Positions 39,020 through 49,873 of a stretch of DNA of 64,000 nucleotides are shown here, piece after piece. Source of the DNA: an uncultured Candidatus Rokubacteria bacterium (GTDB lineage: Bacteria; Methylomirabilota; Methylomirabilia; Rokubacteriales; CSP1-6). Each line of letters starts with the position of its first letter. The stretch's first letter is position 1. The translations under genes and the position numbers were made by a program. The notes below the pieces were generated by a model. The model had not been told where the DNA came from, did not search any database, and was given only the letters and a program-made list of their open reading frames with translations. The stretch covers positions 32,001-96,000 of the forward strand of contig CAVVEU010000017.1 in the NCBI GenBank assembly GCA_963747235.1. The letters are read 5' to 3'.

Positions 39020-39933
39020 CACTCCACCCGCCGGTAGACGAAGCGCACGTAGAGGAGCGCGAAGGCGCCGATGATCAGGGTGAGCCCCCACGCGGAGGCC
39101 GCGCCCAGGCCGATGTTGAACGGCGGCTGGAACGACATCTTGTAGGTGTACCAGGCCGCCACCCACGTGTCGTTGCCGGGCCCGCCCTGGGTGATGGCGA
39201 GGATCTCGTCGAACACCATGAAGGCGAAGGTGGTGCGGAGGATCAGCGTCACCGCGATGATCGGCCGCAGCAGGGGCAGGGTGAGGCCCCAGAACGCGGC
39301 CCAGCCGGACGCGCCGTCCACCTCCGCGGCTTCGTACAGCTCGCGCGGGATGCCCTGGAGCGCCGCGTGGTAGAGCAGGATGTTGAACGGCGTGGTGCGC
39401 CAGACATAGGCCGCGATCACCGCCGCCATCGCGTAGGTGGGGTTGCCCAGCCAGTTCACGTAGCCGTCGATGAGGCCCAGCGCCGATAGCACGCGGTTGA
39501 GATAGCCGTACTGGGCGTTGAGGATGAACGACCAGAGGAGCCCGTTCACGATCGGCGGCACCGCCCACGGGACCAGGATCAGCACGCGGGTCACGCGCGA
39601 GAGCCACACGCGCTCCTCGTTCACGATCAGCGCGATGACGAGCGCGAGCACCACCTCGAGGGCAACCGAGACGCCGACGAAGACGAGCGTGTGTCGGAGC
39701 GAAAGCCAGAAGAGATCGTCGCGGACCAGGCGCGCGAAGTTGGTCAGGCCCGCGAACGGGAACTCTCCGGTGCGAAGCTGCCGCAGGCTCACCTCGTGCA
39801 GGGAGAGGTAGCCCGCATAGACGATCGGGTAGGCCAGCACCAGCGCCAGGCACAGGATCGACGGCGCGTTCATCAGCGCCGCCAGCCGCCCCGCCGACAG
39901 CTCGCCGCGCCGGAGCGCGGTTGCCGGGGTCAC
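39016..39933 (-). CDS. Carbohydrate ABC transporter permease (MalF-like)
   Basis: LQGIPRELYEAAEVDGAS, TQGGPG. Confidence 0.9.
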   Translation of the reverse strand: MTPATALRRGELSAGRLAALMNAPSILCLALVLAYPIVYAGYLSLHEVSLRQLRTGEFPFAGLTNFARLVRDDLFWLSLRHTLVFVGVSVALEVVLALVIALIVNEERVWLSRVTRVLILVPWAVPPIVNGLLWSFILNAQYGYLNRVLSALGLIDGYVNWLGNPTYAMAAVIAAYVWRTTPFNILLYHAALQGIPRELYEAAEVDGASGWAAFWGLTLPLLRPIIAVTLILRTTFAFMVFDEILAITQGGPGNDTWVAAWYTYKMSFQPPFNIGLGAASAWGLTLIIGAFALLYVRFVYRRVEW

Positions 39934-39940
39934 CGTGCGG

Positions 39941-41299
39941 TCAGGCGCTCTTGGCCTTCGCGATGGCCGCGACCATGTTGTCGCACGCCTGGTCGGGCGT
40001 GATCTTGCCCTGGAGACACGCGGTCAGCTCCACGTTCATGGCGTCGCTCCAGCGCGGGTACCACTTCTGGGAGACCGCGGGCACCACGTCGGAGAAGTTG
40101 GACGCGCGCTTCCAGACGTCGAGGACCGTCGGCACGTCGTTCCACTTCGCCCAGCCCTTCTTCAGGAGGTCGCTGTCCATCACCGACTGGTAGCCGCTGC
40201 CGAGCATGGCGTCGGTCGCCAGGCGATTGGCCTGCGTGTACTGGCCGTCCTTGGTGCGGCCGCCCAGGTACTGCAGCAGCTTCCAGGCCCACTCCCGGTT
40301 CTTGGTCGCACTGGGGAGGATGTAGAGCATCGTGTACCCGATGGTCTTGCCGTTACCGGGGTGCCCGACGATGCGGCCCTTGCCCGCGATCGGGGAGTTG
40401 GCGGGGTCGTTCACGAGGCTCACGTAGTAGTGGTGGAGCGTGCCCAGATAGACGTGCTGGCCGGCGTTGAACGCCTTCACCGCCGGGATGAAGCGGAGGT
40501 TGAGCGAGTTCGGATCCGCCAGCTCCTCCTTGAACGTGTTCTGCCACCACTTGAGCGTCTCGCGCGCGATGGACCCGGCCCCGAGCTGCGGCGCGAGCTG
40601 CTTGTCGAAGATCACGCCGCCCTGGTTGTGGGTCATGCTGAACCAGGTCGCCGGGAGCTGCTCGAAGCCCGCGCCCGCCACCCAGAGGATCGGATACTTG
40701 GAGACCCCGTCCTTCTTGGCCTTGCGGCACTGCTCGAGCAGCTCGGGGTAGCTCTTGAACGGCTTGCCCTTGAACCCGGCCTTGGTGAGCAGATCGTCGT
40801 TGTAGATGAAGACCCACACCGTGGAGAAGTACGGCAGCCCCCACGTCTTGCCGTCGCGCTGGGCGATGGCCTTCGTGAACGGGGTGAAGTCTTTCACGTA
40901 CTGGTCCACCCCGGGCAGCCCGTCGATGGGCGTGGCGATGCCCTGGTCGATGTAGCTCGCGAGGTACTGCATGGGCGACTGCGAGACGTCCACCGTATCG
41001 CCGGCCGCGTACATGGCGGTGAGCTTCGCCACCTGGGGCTCGACGTTGGGCTCGATGATCTGGTTGACCTTGACCGACCAGTCCTGCTCGAACTGCTGGG
41101 CGATCTGCTCGTAGATCTTGCCGTACTGCCAGACCACGAAGGTGACGCCCGCCGGGTTGCCCGCCGGACGCGTCGCCCAGGGCCCGGCCGGCTGCGCGCC
41201 GAGGGTGCCCGGCAGCATCGACAGTCCCGCCGCGGCGGCGGACGTGCGAAGGAACTGCCGGCGATCGAAGTGGGCGGGCGAGAACGGTGGTCTGGCCAT
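39941..41299 (-). CDS. Sugar ABC transporter substrate-binding protein (Tat signal)
   Basis: DRRQFL Tat motif, GKTWGLPY, YN..LL.KAG. Confidence 0.88.
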   Translation of the reverse strand: MARPPFSPAHFDRRQFLRTSAAAAGLSMLPGTLGAQPAGPWATRPAGNPAGVTFVVWQYGKIYEQIAQQFEQDWSVKVNQIIEPNVEPQVAKLTAMYAAGDTVDVSQSPMQYLASYIDQGIATPIDGLPGVDQYVKDFTPFTKAIAQRDGKTWGLPYFSTVWVFIYNDDLLTKAGFKGKPFKSYPELLEQCRKAKKDGVSKYPILWVAGAGFEQLPATWFSMTHNQGGVIFDKQLAPQLGAGSIARETLKWWQNTFKEELADPNSLNLRFIPAVKAFNAGQHVYLGTLHHYYVSLVNDPANSPIAGKGRIVGHPGNGKTIGYTMLYILPSATKNREWAWKLLQYLGGRTKDGQYTQANRLATDAMLGSGYQSVMDSDLLKKGWAKWNDVPTVLDVWKRASNFSDVVPAVSQKWYPRWSDAMNVELTACLQGKITPDQACDNMVAAIAKAKSA

Positions 41300-41434
41300 G
41301 GCTGCCTCCCGAGCAGGAGGTTCACTTCGGAGCTGCGTGGGCGCGTGAAGGATAGGCGAAGCGGGTCGGCTCGCGCAATAGGCCGCGCGCCGCTCCCTCG
41401 ATCGCGGAGTATACTGCCGCCAAGGAGGACACAT

Positions 41435-41965
41435 ATGGCCCCCAGAGGGTTCTCCCACATCGGCCTCTCGACCCTGGATCTGGACCGGACGCGGGACTTC
41501 TACGAGCGCGTGCTCGGGTTCAAGGCCGTGCGCTGCGACATCCTCAAGGTCAAGGAAGGCGGACAGATCCGCCACATCTTCTTCGACACCGGGCACGATC
41601 AGCTTCTCGCCTTCATGGAGGCCAGCGGCGTGCCGGGCATTCCCGCGGAGTACGACGCGGGGATCAACCGGGGGCTCGGCGTGCCGGGCGTGTTCTATCA
41701 CTTCGCGTTCGAGGCGGGCTCCGAGGCGGCGCTGGACGAGAAGCGCCGCGAGCTGCTCGCCAAGGGCGTCCAGGTCACCGAGGTGGTGGACCACGACTGG
41801 GCCAAGTCCATCTACTTCAAGGACCCGAACGGGCTCCAGCTCGAGTTCTGCTGCTACACGCGCAACCTGAACGCGGACGATGCGCGCATGCAGCCCCGCG
41901 CCGCGATCTCGGTGCGCCGACTGGGGCTGGAGGATCCCGTCGCGCTGAGCTCGGCGAAGCGGTAG
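41435..41965 (+). CDS. VOC/glyoxalase family protein
   Basis: FSHIGL, HFAF, SIYFKDPNGLQLE; AAGGAGG RBS. Confidence 0.88.
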   Translation: MAPRGFSHIGLSTLDLDRTRDFYERVLGFKAVRCDILKVKEGGQIRHIFFDTGHDQLLAFMEASGVPGIPAEYDAGINRGLGVPGVFYHFAFEAGSEAALDEKRRELLAKGVQVTEVVDHDWAKSIYFKDPNGLQLEFCCYTRNLNADDARMQPRAAISVRRLGLEDPVALSSAKR

Positions 41966-41997
41966 CCGCGGGCCAGCGCGGCGGACCGATTCATCCG

Positions 41998-42879
41998 ATG
42001 GAGCGAGTTCTCTACGTCGTGTCGCGGGAGCAGTCCATGCTGGTCGGCTACCTGATGACCACGCTGGGCGCCCGACCTTCCGACGGGCCCCTCGTGGAGA
42101 TCAAGCTGGACGAACGGCGGGCCGCCCGTCGGCTCGCGCGCGACGCCAGAGAACCGGAACGGCGCCAGGGCGAGCGGCGGCGGCAACCCAGCCTGGACCG
42201 AGGCCTCCGCTCGCGCGGGTACGCCACCGTGGTCCAGTCCGAAGCCGGTTCATCGCGGCCGGTCGAGCCCGCGCCGGCCGTGGTCTGGCGGCCCCGGTCG
42301 AGCTGGCGGCAGCGGGTGGCCCGCGCGGAGCGACGGAGCCGCGTGTGGTGGGGATTGATCCTCGCGCTGCTCGCGGGGGTCGGGGTGGTGATCGTCGTGG
42401 CCCGGTCCATAGACTGGACGCCTGCTCCGTCACCGTCCGCGCCGCGAGCGACCGCGCCGCTGATCGCGCCGCAGCAGATCCCACCGCGTATCACTCCGCA
42501 GCCGCCGGCTTCACGCGGCGAGGCGGTCGTGCCGGCCGTGCCCCCGCCGGCGCCCGCGACGGCCGCACCGGGACGGATTGTGAGCACGCGGTTTTCCGGT
42601 GTCGTGCTGTCCGTCGATCCGGCCGCCGGGGTGCTCGTGCTCGAGGACCGAGGAGCCACCGGCGCGGCCGTGCGTCTTCGCGTCGAGCTGGCACCCGACG
42701 CCCGCGTCGTGCGGTCCGAGCGCGACGAGCAGGCCGAGGATCCGAACCGCGTGTTCAAGGACACCCCGATCAGCCTTTCCGATATCGGGCGGGGCGACTA
42801 CGTGGTCGTGGAGAGGCGCGGGCCGGAGGGGAAGCCGCTCGCGCATTCGATCGTGGTGACCTTCCGGAACACGAAGTAG
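41998..42879 (+). CDS. Hypothetical bitopic membrane protein: ERR-repeat N-domain, TM, Pro-rich linker, OB-fold-like C-domain
   Basis: DERR...ERRQGERRR, VWWGLILALLAGVGVVIVV TM, C-terminal beta pattern (GVVLSVD...ISLSDIGRGDYVVV). Confidence 0.7.
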   Translation: MERVLYVVSREQSMLVGYLMTTLGARPSDGPLVEIKLDERRAARRLARDAREPERRQGERRRQPSLDRGLRSRGYATVVQSEAGSSRPVEPAPAVVWRPRSSWRQRVARAERRSRVWWGLILALLAGVGVVIVVARSIDWTPAPSPSAPRATAPLIAPQQIPPRITPQPPASRGEAVVPAVPPPAPATAAPGRIVSTRFSGVVLSVDPAAGVLVLEDRGATGAAVRLRVELAPDARVVRSERDEQAEDPNRVFKDTPISLSDIGRGDYVVVERRGPEGKPLAHSIVVTFRNTK

Positions 42880-42972
42880 GGACGCATGGAGCGGGACCAC
42901 CACGGATGGTGGTCGACGGCGGGCGTTTTTTCTGCTGCTCCCGCGCGGTCATTGCCTGAAGATGTTCGGCGT

Positions 42973-43062
42973 ATGCGCTTCCTCTGGGCGTACCTGCTGG
43001 TGGTGATCGTCTTTGCCTTCGGATTCCTCTGTGCGTCCGCCTTCTCGGCCGGGGAGGACTAG
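42973..43062 (+). CDS. Possible 29-aa hydrophobic peptide MRFLWAYLLVVIVFAFGFLCASAFSAGED
   Basis: Single TM helix, GC3-rich codons, no clear RBS. Confidence 0.4.
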   Translation: MRFLWAYLLVVIVFAFGFLCASAFSAGED

Positions 43063-43108
43063 CCGGGCGGGGCAGGTGCGATAGACACGAAGTAGCGTTG
43101 AAGCGCTG

Positions 43109-43125
43109 ATTCAAGACCCGACCCC
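43109..43125 (-). repeat. Dispersed motif copy 3 (GGGGTCGGGTCTTGAAT), just after the addA stop
   Basis: 15/17 identical to the GGGGTCAGGTCTTGCAT core. Confidence 0.55.
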
Positions 43126-43127
43126 GA

Positions 43128-46100
43128 TTAGAGCCAGCGGGTCTCGCCGTTGCGGATGAAGTGGAGGCCGGCGCGGGTGGGGGTGTTGAGCTGGGCGCTC
43201 CAGTGGTCGGCGTAGGCGCGGATCTGGGGCGCGTAGCGGGCGGCGAGCTGATCGACGCCGCCGACTAGCTGGTCGGTCTTGTAGTCGATCAGCGTCCAGC
43301 CGGCGGCGGTCTTGAAGGCGAGGTCGATCACGCCGTGCAGGAGCTTCGGCGGAGCGCCTGCGTCGCCCACGCGCACCGCGAACGGCACTTCCACCGCGCG
43401 CTCTTCGGCCGCCTGCGCCTCCTGCCAGAACTCGGCGGCCATCACGCGCTCCACCGTGTCGAGCGCCTCCGGGATCACGCGGCGCAGCTCCGTCTTGTCG
43501 AACGCGAACCAGGTGGCCAGGCGCTCGAGGTGCGCGCGATCGCGCTGGGGGCCGCGCATGGCGTGCTCGAGGAGGAAGTGGATCAGGCTGCCCCAGGCCA
43601 TCCCGGTGTCGGGCTCGCGCGTCTTGCCTTCCTGCAGCGGGTGGCCGTAGGGGCCGGCGCGGTGGGCGGTGCCGGTCACGGATTCGACCATCCAGGAGGG
43701 CGCGCGTCGGCTCTCCAGTTGCGCCTCGCGGGCGGTCTCGGCCGCGAGCCGGGCGCCGGCACTCAGGTCGGGTAGCGTCGGCACGGGCGGGACCGCGACC
43801 GGCGGGACCGCCAGGGCCGGCGCCTTGACGAGGAAGGGCTCGAGCATCTGCCACGGCCGGCTGCGCCCGCCCGCATTCGCGGGTCGGCTCACCACGAGGA
43901 GATCACGCGCCCGCGTGGCCGCGACATACAGAAGCCGGCGCTGCTCGGCTTCGAGGTAGGCCCGCTCCTGGTCCTGATGCTCTTGCCACCCGGCGGGTCG
44001 TCCGAGGACGGTCCGGCCGTAGTCACCCTTCGGCCGCGAGAGCTCGAAGTAGCCCAGGGCGCTCAGCCCGTCCCGAACGACGCGCACGTCGATGCCGCCG
44101 ATCCAGCCCCGGACGGGGTCGGCCAGGAAGACGACCGGTGCTTCCAGGCCCTTGGCCTTGTGCAGGTTCATGACGCGGACGACATTGGTGCGACCGGGCT
44201 CGAGCGGGACGGACTCGACCTCCGCGGAGCTCAGGTCCTCGATCAGCGCCTCCGCCGCGTCGGCCAGCGTGCCGCCTTCCTCGGTGACCTGACGGATACG
44301 GTCCACGCCGTGGAGCAGATCGCCCGCCTCCGCCCCGCCGGGGCTACCGGCGGCGGTCGTGGCCAGCAGGCCGGTGGCTTCCAGGATGCGCTCGACGGCG
44401 GCGGGCGCCGGCAACCTGCGGGTCCACTCGTACATCCGGCGCAGGGCGCGCAGCGCCTCGCCCACCGGGCCGGCCATCTCGGCCACGTCGGGTGCGGTCA
44501 CGAGGAAGCCGCCCCCCGCCTGCCGATGCCGGAACAGCTCGGGATCGCTCAAGCCGAAGAGTGGCCCGCGCAGGACGCCCACCACCGCGGGCCCGTCGTC
44601 GGGATCGGTGAGCGCGCGCAGCAGGTCGGCCAGCCCGGTCACGGCGGTGGACTGCGCGAAGGCCGCCCCGCCGCTCACCTCGACGGGCAGGCGTAGGGCC
44701 TCGAGCGCCCGCGTGTAGATGGGCAGGGCCTTCCGCGTCCGGGTCAGAACGAGAAAGTCCCCGGGCGCACGCCGGCGCGCGTCCACGTGCGCCCGGATGA
44801 AGCGGGCGATCACCTCGGCATCGAAGGCCGCCGCCGCGTCGCCGCCCGAGACGGTGTCGGGAACCTCGATGGCCCGCACGCCGAAGGCGGACCCGCTCTC
44901 GTCGCGGGCCGCCTTGAGGCCGGCGAAGCCGGGCTGATGGGGCGTGGCCTCGGTCGGGAACAGGGTGCCGAAGGCGCGTGTTGACCCAGTCGCAGACGGC
45001 GGGCACGGATCGGAAGCATGCCGTGAGCGTCGCGACCTGCCCGCCGGTCGCCTCGATGCGCTGCCGCACGCGCTGATAGATCTCGATGTCGGCCCGACGG
45101 AAGCGGTAGATGGACTGCTTGGGATCGCCCACCACGAACAGCGCACCGGGCCGGAGGGGCACACGCGTCCAGTCTCGCTCCGCGCTCGGCGCGGCCGCCA
45201 GCAGCAGGATGACCTCGGCCTGGATCGGGTCCGTGTCCTGGAACTCGTCCACGAAGAGCCAGCGGTACTTGTCCTGGAGCGCCGCGCGCACTTCCAGGTT
45301 GTCGCGGAGGAGGGTCGCGGCGTACTGGAGCAGATCGTTGTAATTCAGCGTGACGGCGCGCCGGCGCGCGAGGGCGGCGTGCTCCCGGCCCTCGAGCAGC
45401 AGGGTCAGCGCGAGACGGTAGACGTACCGGTACCACGCGTCCAGGAAGGGCAGGGCGTCGCGGTGGAGCGCGGTGAAGAGCGTCTCCACCTGCTCCTTGT
45501 CCGCCTTGCCGCGCGGCCACCACTTCTGGACGACCCTGGGCTCGCTCTCCCATTCGGCGACCAGCTCGGCGAGCACGCGCGGGTCCTCGAGCGACGCCAC
45601 CCGGAGCCGTCGCGCGAACTCGCGCATGCGCTTCTGGACGCTGCAGGTGCTCTCGCGGGGTCCCCCGTCGGGGAGCAGTGTGATGAGCGCCGCCCAGAAG
45701 CGCTCCAGCGCGGCCCGCGCCTGGGCGGGATCCGGTCGCGGGGCGTCGCCCGCGGGGAAGTCGACCTCGGGGTAGTTGCACACCTTGTCGAACGCCCGGT
45801 CGAGATCGACGGGCCGCGCCCCGGCGTCGAGCAGCTCCCGCAGGGCCGGCGAGCCCTGGCCGCGCTGGCGATCCAGGTAATCGCGCCACGCCCATCGCCG
45901 CTGGTCCATCTCCGCGATCTCGTCCAGCTCGGTGAAGCCCGGCGCGACCCCGGCCTCCACCGGTCGCTCGCGGAGCAGGTGGGCGCAGAACGCGTGAATG
46001 GTGCCGGCGAAGAGCCGCTCGAGGTGGCGCAGGGCCTGCCGGGCGCGCTGCCGCCTGGTCTCGTCCGGTTCGTCCGCCAGTGCGCGCTCCAGCGTGAGCT

Positions 46101-46320
46101 GGAACCGCGCGCGCAGCTCCGCGGCCGCCTTGCGCGTGAAGGTGACGGCGGCCATCTCCTCCACCTTGTAGCGGCCCTCCAGCACGCCCGCCGCCATCCG
46201 TCGGGCCAGGCACTCGGTCTTGCCGGAGCCGGCGCCGGCCTCGACCAGGAGGTTGATGTCGAGCCGCGCGCTGATCAGATCGCGCGCCGGCTGATCGGGT
46301 ACGGGGCGCGGCTTACTCAT
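43128..46320 (-). CDS. addA: AddA-type UvrD helicase-nuclease, +1 frameshift near 44977
   Basis: VEAGAGSGKT, TFTRKAAAEL, GTIHAFC, VDEFQDT, VGDPKQSIYRFR, HKAKGLE, LLYVAATRA, GVIDL...IDYKT. Confidence 0.92.
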
Positions 46321-49300
46321 GCGCGTTCAGCTTTCGGTACGCCTCGAGGGGCGCGTTGTCCGCCTGCTGGATCTTGAGATCGGCGCGTTCGGCGGCCTTC
46401 TGTCCGCAGGCGCGAGAGAAGTCGCAGAACCGGCAATCCTCGTCCTCGTCCGGCGTGTGGACGAAGGCACCGGCGGCGAGCAGGTCGAAGAGATCGCGCA
46501 GGACGTCGGCCGCCTTCGCCTGGGTGGACGCCGCACGAACCTGGCGGGCGCGGGTCCCGCGCCGGGTGGGGAAGTAGTACGAGCCGACCACGCGCGCCTG
46601 CGGGTCCGTCTCCCGCAGGAGCTCGACCGCCACCAGCGCGTACAGAGCGTGCTGGAGCTGTCGCCCGCCCGCGAACGTCGCGTCGAGCCCGCGGGGCAGG
46701 AACGCGCCGCCGGTCTTGTAGTCCACGGCCTCGTAGGTGCCGTCGGCCAGCTTGTCTACCCGATCGATGCGGCCGCGCAGCTTGAAGCGGAGCCCGTCGC
46801 CGAGATCGATGACGATCGGCTCGCGTCGGCCGAGCGCCTCGCCTTCGGTCGCCCCGCCGAAGCCCACCTCGAAGCCGATCGGTTTGCGCTGGCCGCAGTC
46901 CTCGGCCTCGAACTTCAGGAAGAGGGCCAGATCGTGCAGCAGCTCGCGCTCCTCCCGCTCGTACACTCCCTCCGACGGCGGCGGCACCAGCGCGCGATGC
47001 CTGGCCAGCGCCTCCAGCCCCAGCTCGCGAAGCCGCGCCCCGTGGCGCGCCGGGTCCGGTGTCTCCTGCCGATCGCGGATCTCGCGCATGATGGTGGCGT
47101 AGAGCGCGTGCATGAGCGATCCGCGCGTCAGCGGATCGAGCCACACGTCGGGATTCGGCTCGGCGTCGTCGACCGTGTCGAGCCCGAGCCCGCGCTGCAG
47201 GAAATAGCGGAACGGACACTTGGCCAGATCCTCGAGGCTGGTAGGCGACATCACGGCGCCGGACACGCGCGGATCGAGAATCGGCCCGGCTTCGGGCACC
47301 AGTCCGTCGTACATGGTGAAGACGTCGGAGTCGCGCGCGGCCTCGGCCACCGCGCCCTGCGCCAGGGCGGGGAAGCCCTCACGCACCGCCGGGAGCGCGG
47401 AGGCATCGGCCCGACGCAGGCCCGCCAGCCACCAGCCCGCGTCGCTCAGCGCCTGATCCGCCTCGGCCGGGACGGCGGAGACGGGCTCACCCAGCTCGTT
47501 GACCAGACGGTCGTAGGTCCAGTTCTCTCCCGGGTTCAGCACGCGCACGGCCTGCAGCAGCACCCACGAGGGGAAGGTGGCGCGCGCCTGCCGCAGATCG
47601 CGACACGAGTAGCTCAGGCAGACGTGGCCGCGCAGGCTGCCGAGGCGCGAGACGATGCGGTAGAGCGCTTCCCCCACGCGATCCTCCGAGGTGCGCAGCG
47701 TCTGATCGATGCCCTTGCGCTCGGCGTCGAGCAGCACCGGGTCTTCCACGAGGGCGGGGAACACGCCACCCTCTTCCAGGCCGATCACGAAGGTGCGCGG
47801 CCGTCCCGCGTGGCCGGCGTCGGCCAGCGTCGTGACGTGCAGGTGTCCGGGGCGCGCCCGATCCCCGCCGACCGTGAGGCCGTCGAAGCGGCCGCGGATC
47901 AGGGCGAGCGCCTCGGAGGCCGGCCGCGTGAGATCGCCGAGGGCGCGCAGGTCGGCCAGCGCTTCGGTGAGCGCCACGCTGGCTTCGCCGTCGAGCTCGC
48001 TGGCCTTCCGCGCGAAGGTCTTCACGAAGGCGACCGCCGCGTCGAGCCACTGCCCGAGCGGCGCCGCCGGCAGCGAAGGCACCAGCGCCAGCAGCTCCGC
48101 CGTCCACTGCCGGAAGCGCTCCGCCTGCGCGGCCCGTTCCGCAGACCACGCCCGCGCCTGATCGGATTGCTCGGGATCCGCGGCCCGGTCCTGGAGACGC
48201 GCGATGAGCCGCCCGAGTGCGGCCGCGTACGTCTGCCGTCCCCAGGTGGCCTCCGCACGCGCGAGGATCCGCGCCGCCTGCCCAGCCGTCAGCCCGTCGG
48301 CCTCCAGCCGCACGTCCCCCGACTGAAGCATCCGCCGCAGCCGGCTCGCGGCCAGCCCCCCGGTCACCCACTCGCAGAAGGCGAGCAGCCCGCGCCCCGG
48401 CCGCGTGAGCGCGACCGGAATGCCCGGCCCGATCGTCACCGGCCACTCGTGGCGCTGCGCCTTCTCCCACACCAGCGCTGCCTGCTCGGGCCTCGGACAG
48501 GCGATCTCCACCTGGTCCAACCCCAGCGGTACTCCCTCTCCCCTCCGGGGAGAGGGCAGGGTGAGGGGCCCCGCGCAATCCGCCGGAGCACCTCCTCCAC
48601 CTCCGCCTCCCGCCCCCCCGCGCAGAACATCGTGAGCGAGTCGTCACTCGCCGGCGCACCCGCCGGCTCCATCAGCAACCCCAGCCGCTCCGCATTCGAG
48701 CTCGGCGCCGGCGCCACCGCTTCCATTGGTGCGGCCAGGCTCGCCATCCGCCGCGGGACGTCGAGCCCGGGTAGATCGAGCGCGCGCGGCGTCACGCGGG
48801 TGCCGGGCAGCACGTCGAGCAGGCGCCGCTCGAGCGGGGACCAGATGACAGTGGGCACCTCGACGTGGAGATCGGCCGCCTGGATCGGGCAGACGTCCAG
48901 GTGAAGCAGCGCCTCGCGGTAGACCTCGGCGCGATCGGCCAGGTGGCGCTCGGCCAGGTGCCGCTCGTAGCTGGCAAGGAGGGCCTGCAGCTCCGCATGC
49001 TTGCTCGCGTTGGTGAACGCCTCGCGCGGCAAGGCCGCCGCCGAGATGCCGGCCATGCGTAGCTCGGCCAGGGTGGCCCAGAGCGCCTCCGCCATCTGCG
49101 GCTGCTCCGCCAGCCCGCGGAAGTACGTGGGCACGGTGGACGGCAGCTCGAGCAGCAGGCGCATGATCAGCGCCGGACCGATGCCGTCGGGCGCCGGATC
49201 GACCCCGCGCTCCACCAGGAAGGGCGCCGCCATCGGCAGGGCCAGGTCGAGCGGCGTGGTGAAGCGCACGTTCGCCCAGCCCGCGCCCTCGAGGGCCAGC

Positions 49301-49407
49301 CGCTCGCCCAGCGTGTGCCCGAGCGTGTGGGTGGGCACGACTACCCACTTGGCGCGGGTACGCTCGGTTCGGCAGAGGTCGGCGAGCTGGGTGAGGAAGG
49401 GGATCAC
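46313..49407 (-). CDS. addB: AddB-type subunit with C-terminal PD-(D/E)XK nuclease and Fe-S cysteines; frame break at about 48534-48570
   Basis: SPTSLEDLAKCPFRYF, RGRIDRVD, VDYKTG, LQHALY, CRFCDFSRAC; N-part starts at GTG 49407 after GGAGG; 8-nt overlap with addA. Confidence 0.85.
48534..48568 (-). repeat. 35-nt palindromic element inside addB (CCCCTCACCCTG-CCCTCTCCCC-GGA-GGGGAGAGGG)
   Basis: Perfect 10-bp stem; removing it restores the frame (RRIARGVPLGLDQVEIAC). Confidence 0.8.
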
Positions 49408-49450
49408 GCGGACCTCCGGTTCTCCGGTGTACTCGATGGCACAGTCGGTG

Positions 49451-49873
49451 TCACAGGAACGCGCGCTCGAGCGGCACGAGAAACTGGATCCCGGGGATGG
49501 CGAGCCGACTGAGGCGGTCGTCGTTGGTGATGAAGAGATCCACCCCGACCTGCGCCGCGCAGGCGAGCTGCATGGCATCCGGCGGTCGGATGCTGCGGTT
49601 GCGTCGGATCTCCGCGTATCGGCGGGCGGTCTCGCGATCGAAGGCGATGAGGCGCGCCGTCCGGGAGAGGACGTCTTCGTATCGCTGCCGTAGCGCCTCA
49701 TTGCCTTGTTCGGCGGGCTTCACGAGCACCTCGCCCAGCGTCAGCGTCGAGGTGAGTAGCTCATCGGCACGTTCCAGCATGCGCTGCCTGATCTCGGCGA
49801 CGCGGTCCGACTGCGGGCCGAAGTCTTCCAGGAGATAGATGAAGAGGTTGGTGTCCCAGAAGACCCGGCTCAC
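49451..49873 (-). CDS. vapC: VapC-type PIN-domain ribonuclease toxin
   Basis: VFWDTNLFIYLLE, STLTLGEVL, PPDAMQLACA, FITNDDRL acidic PIN residues; GTGA overlap with the upstream gene. Confidence 0.9.
   Translation of the reverse strand: MSRVFWDTNLFIYLLEDFGPQSDRVAEIRQRMLERADELLTSTLTLGEVLVKPAEQGNEALRQRYEDVLSRTARLIAFDRETARRYAEIRRNRSIRPPDAMQLACAAQVGVDLFITNDDRLSRLAIPGIQFLVPLERAFL

Noticed and set aside
46313-47260. Cas4-like nuclease (Fe-S cysteines plus RecB motifs)
   Set aside because: It is the C-terminal domain of a ~1030-aa AddB directly upstream of AddA; no array or cas1
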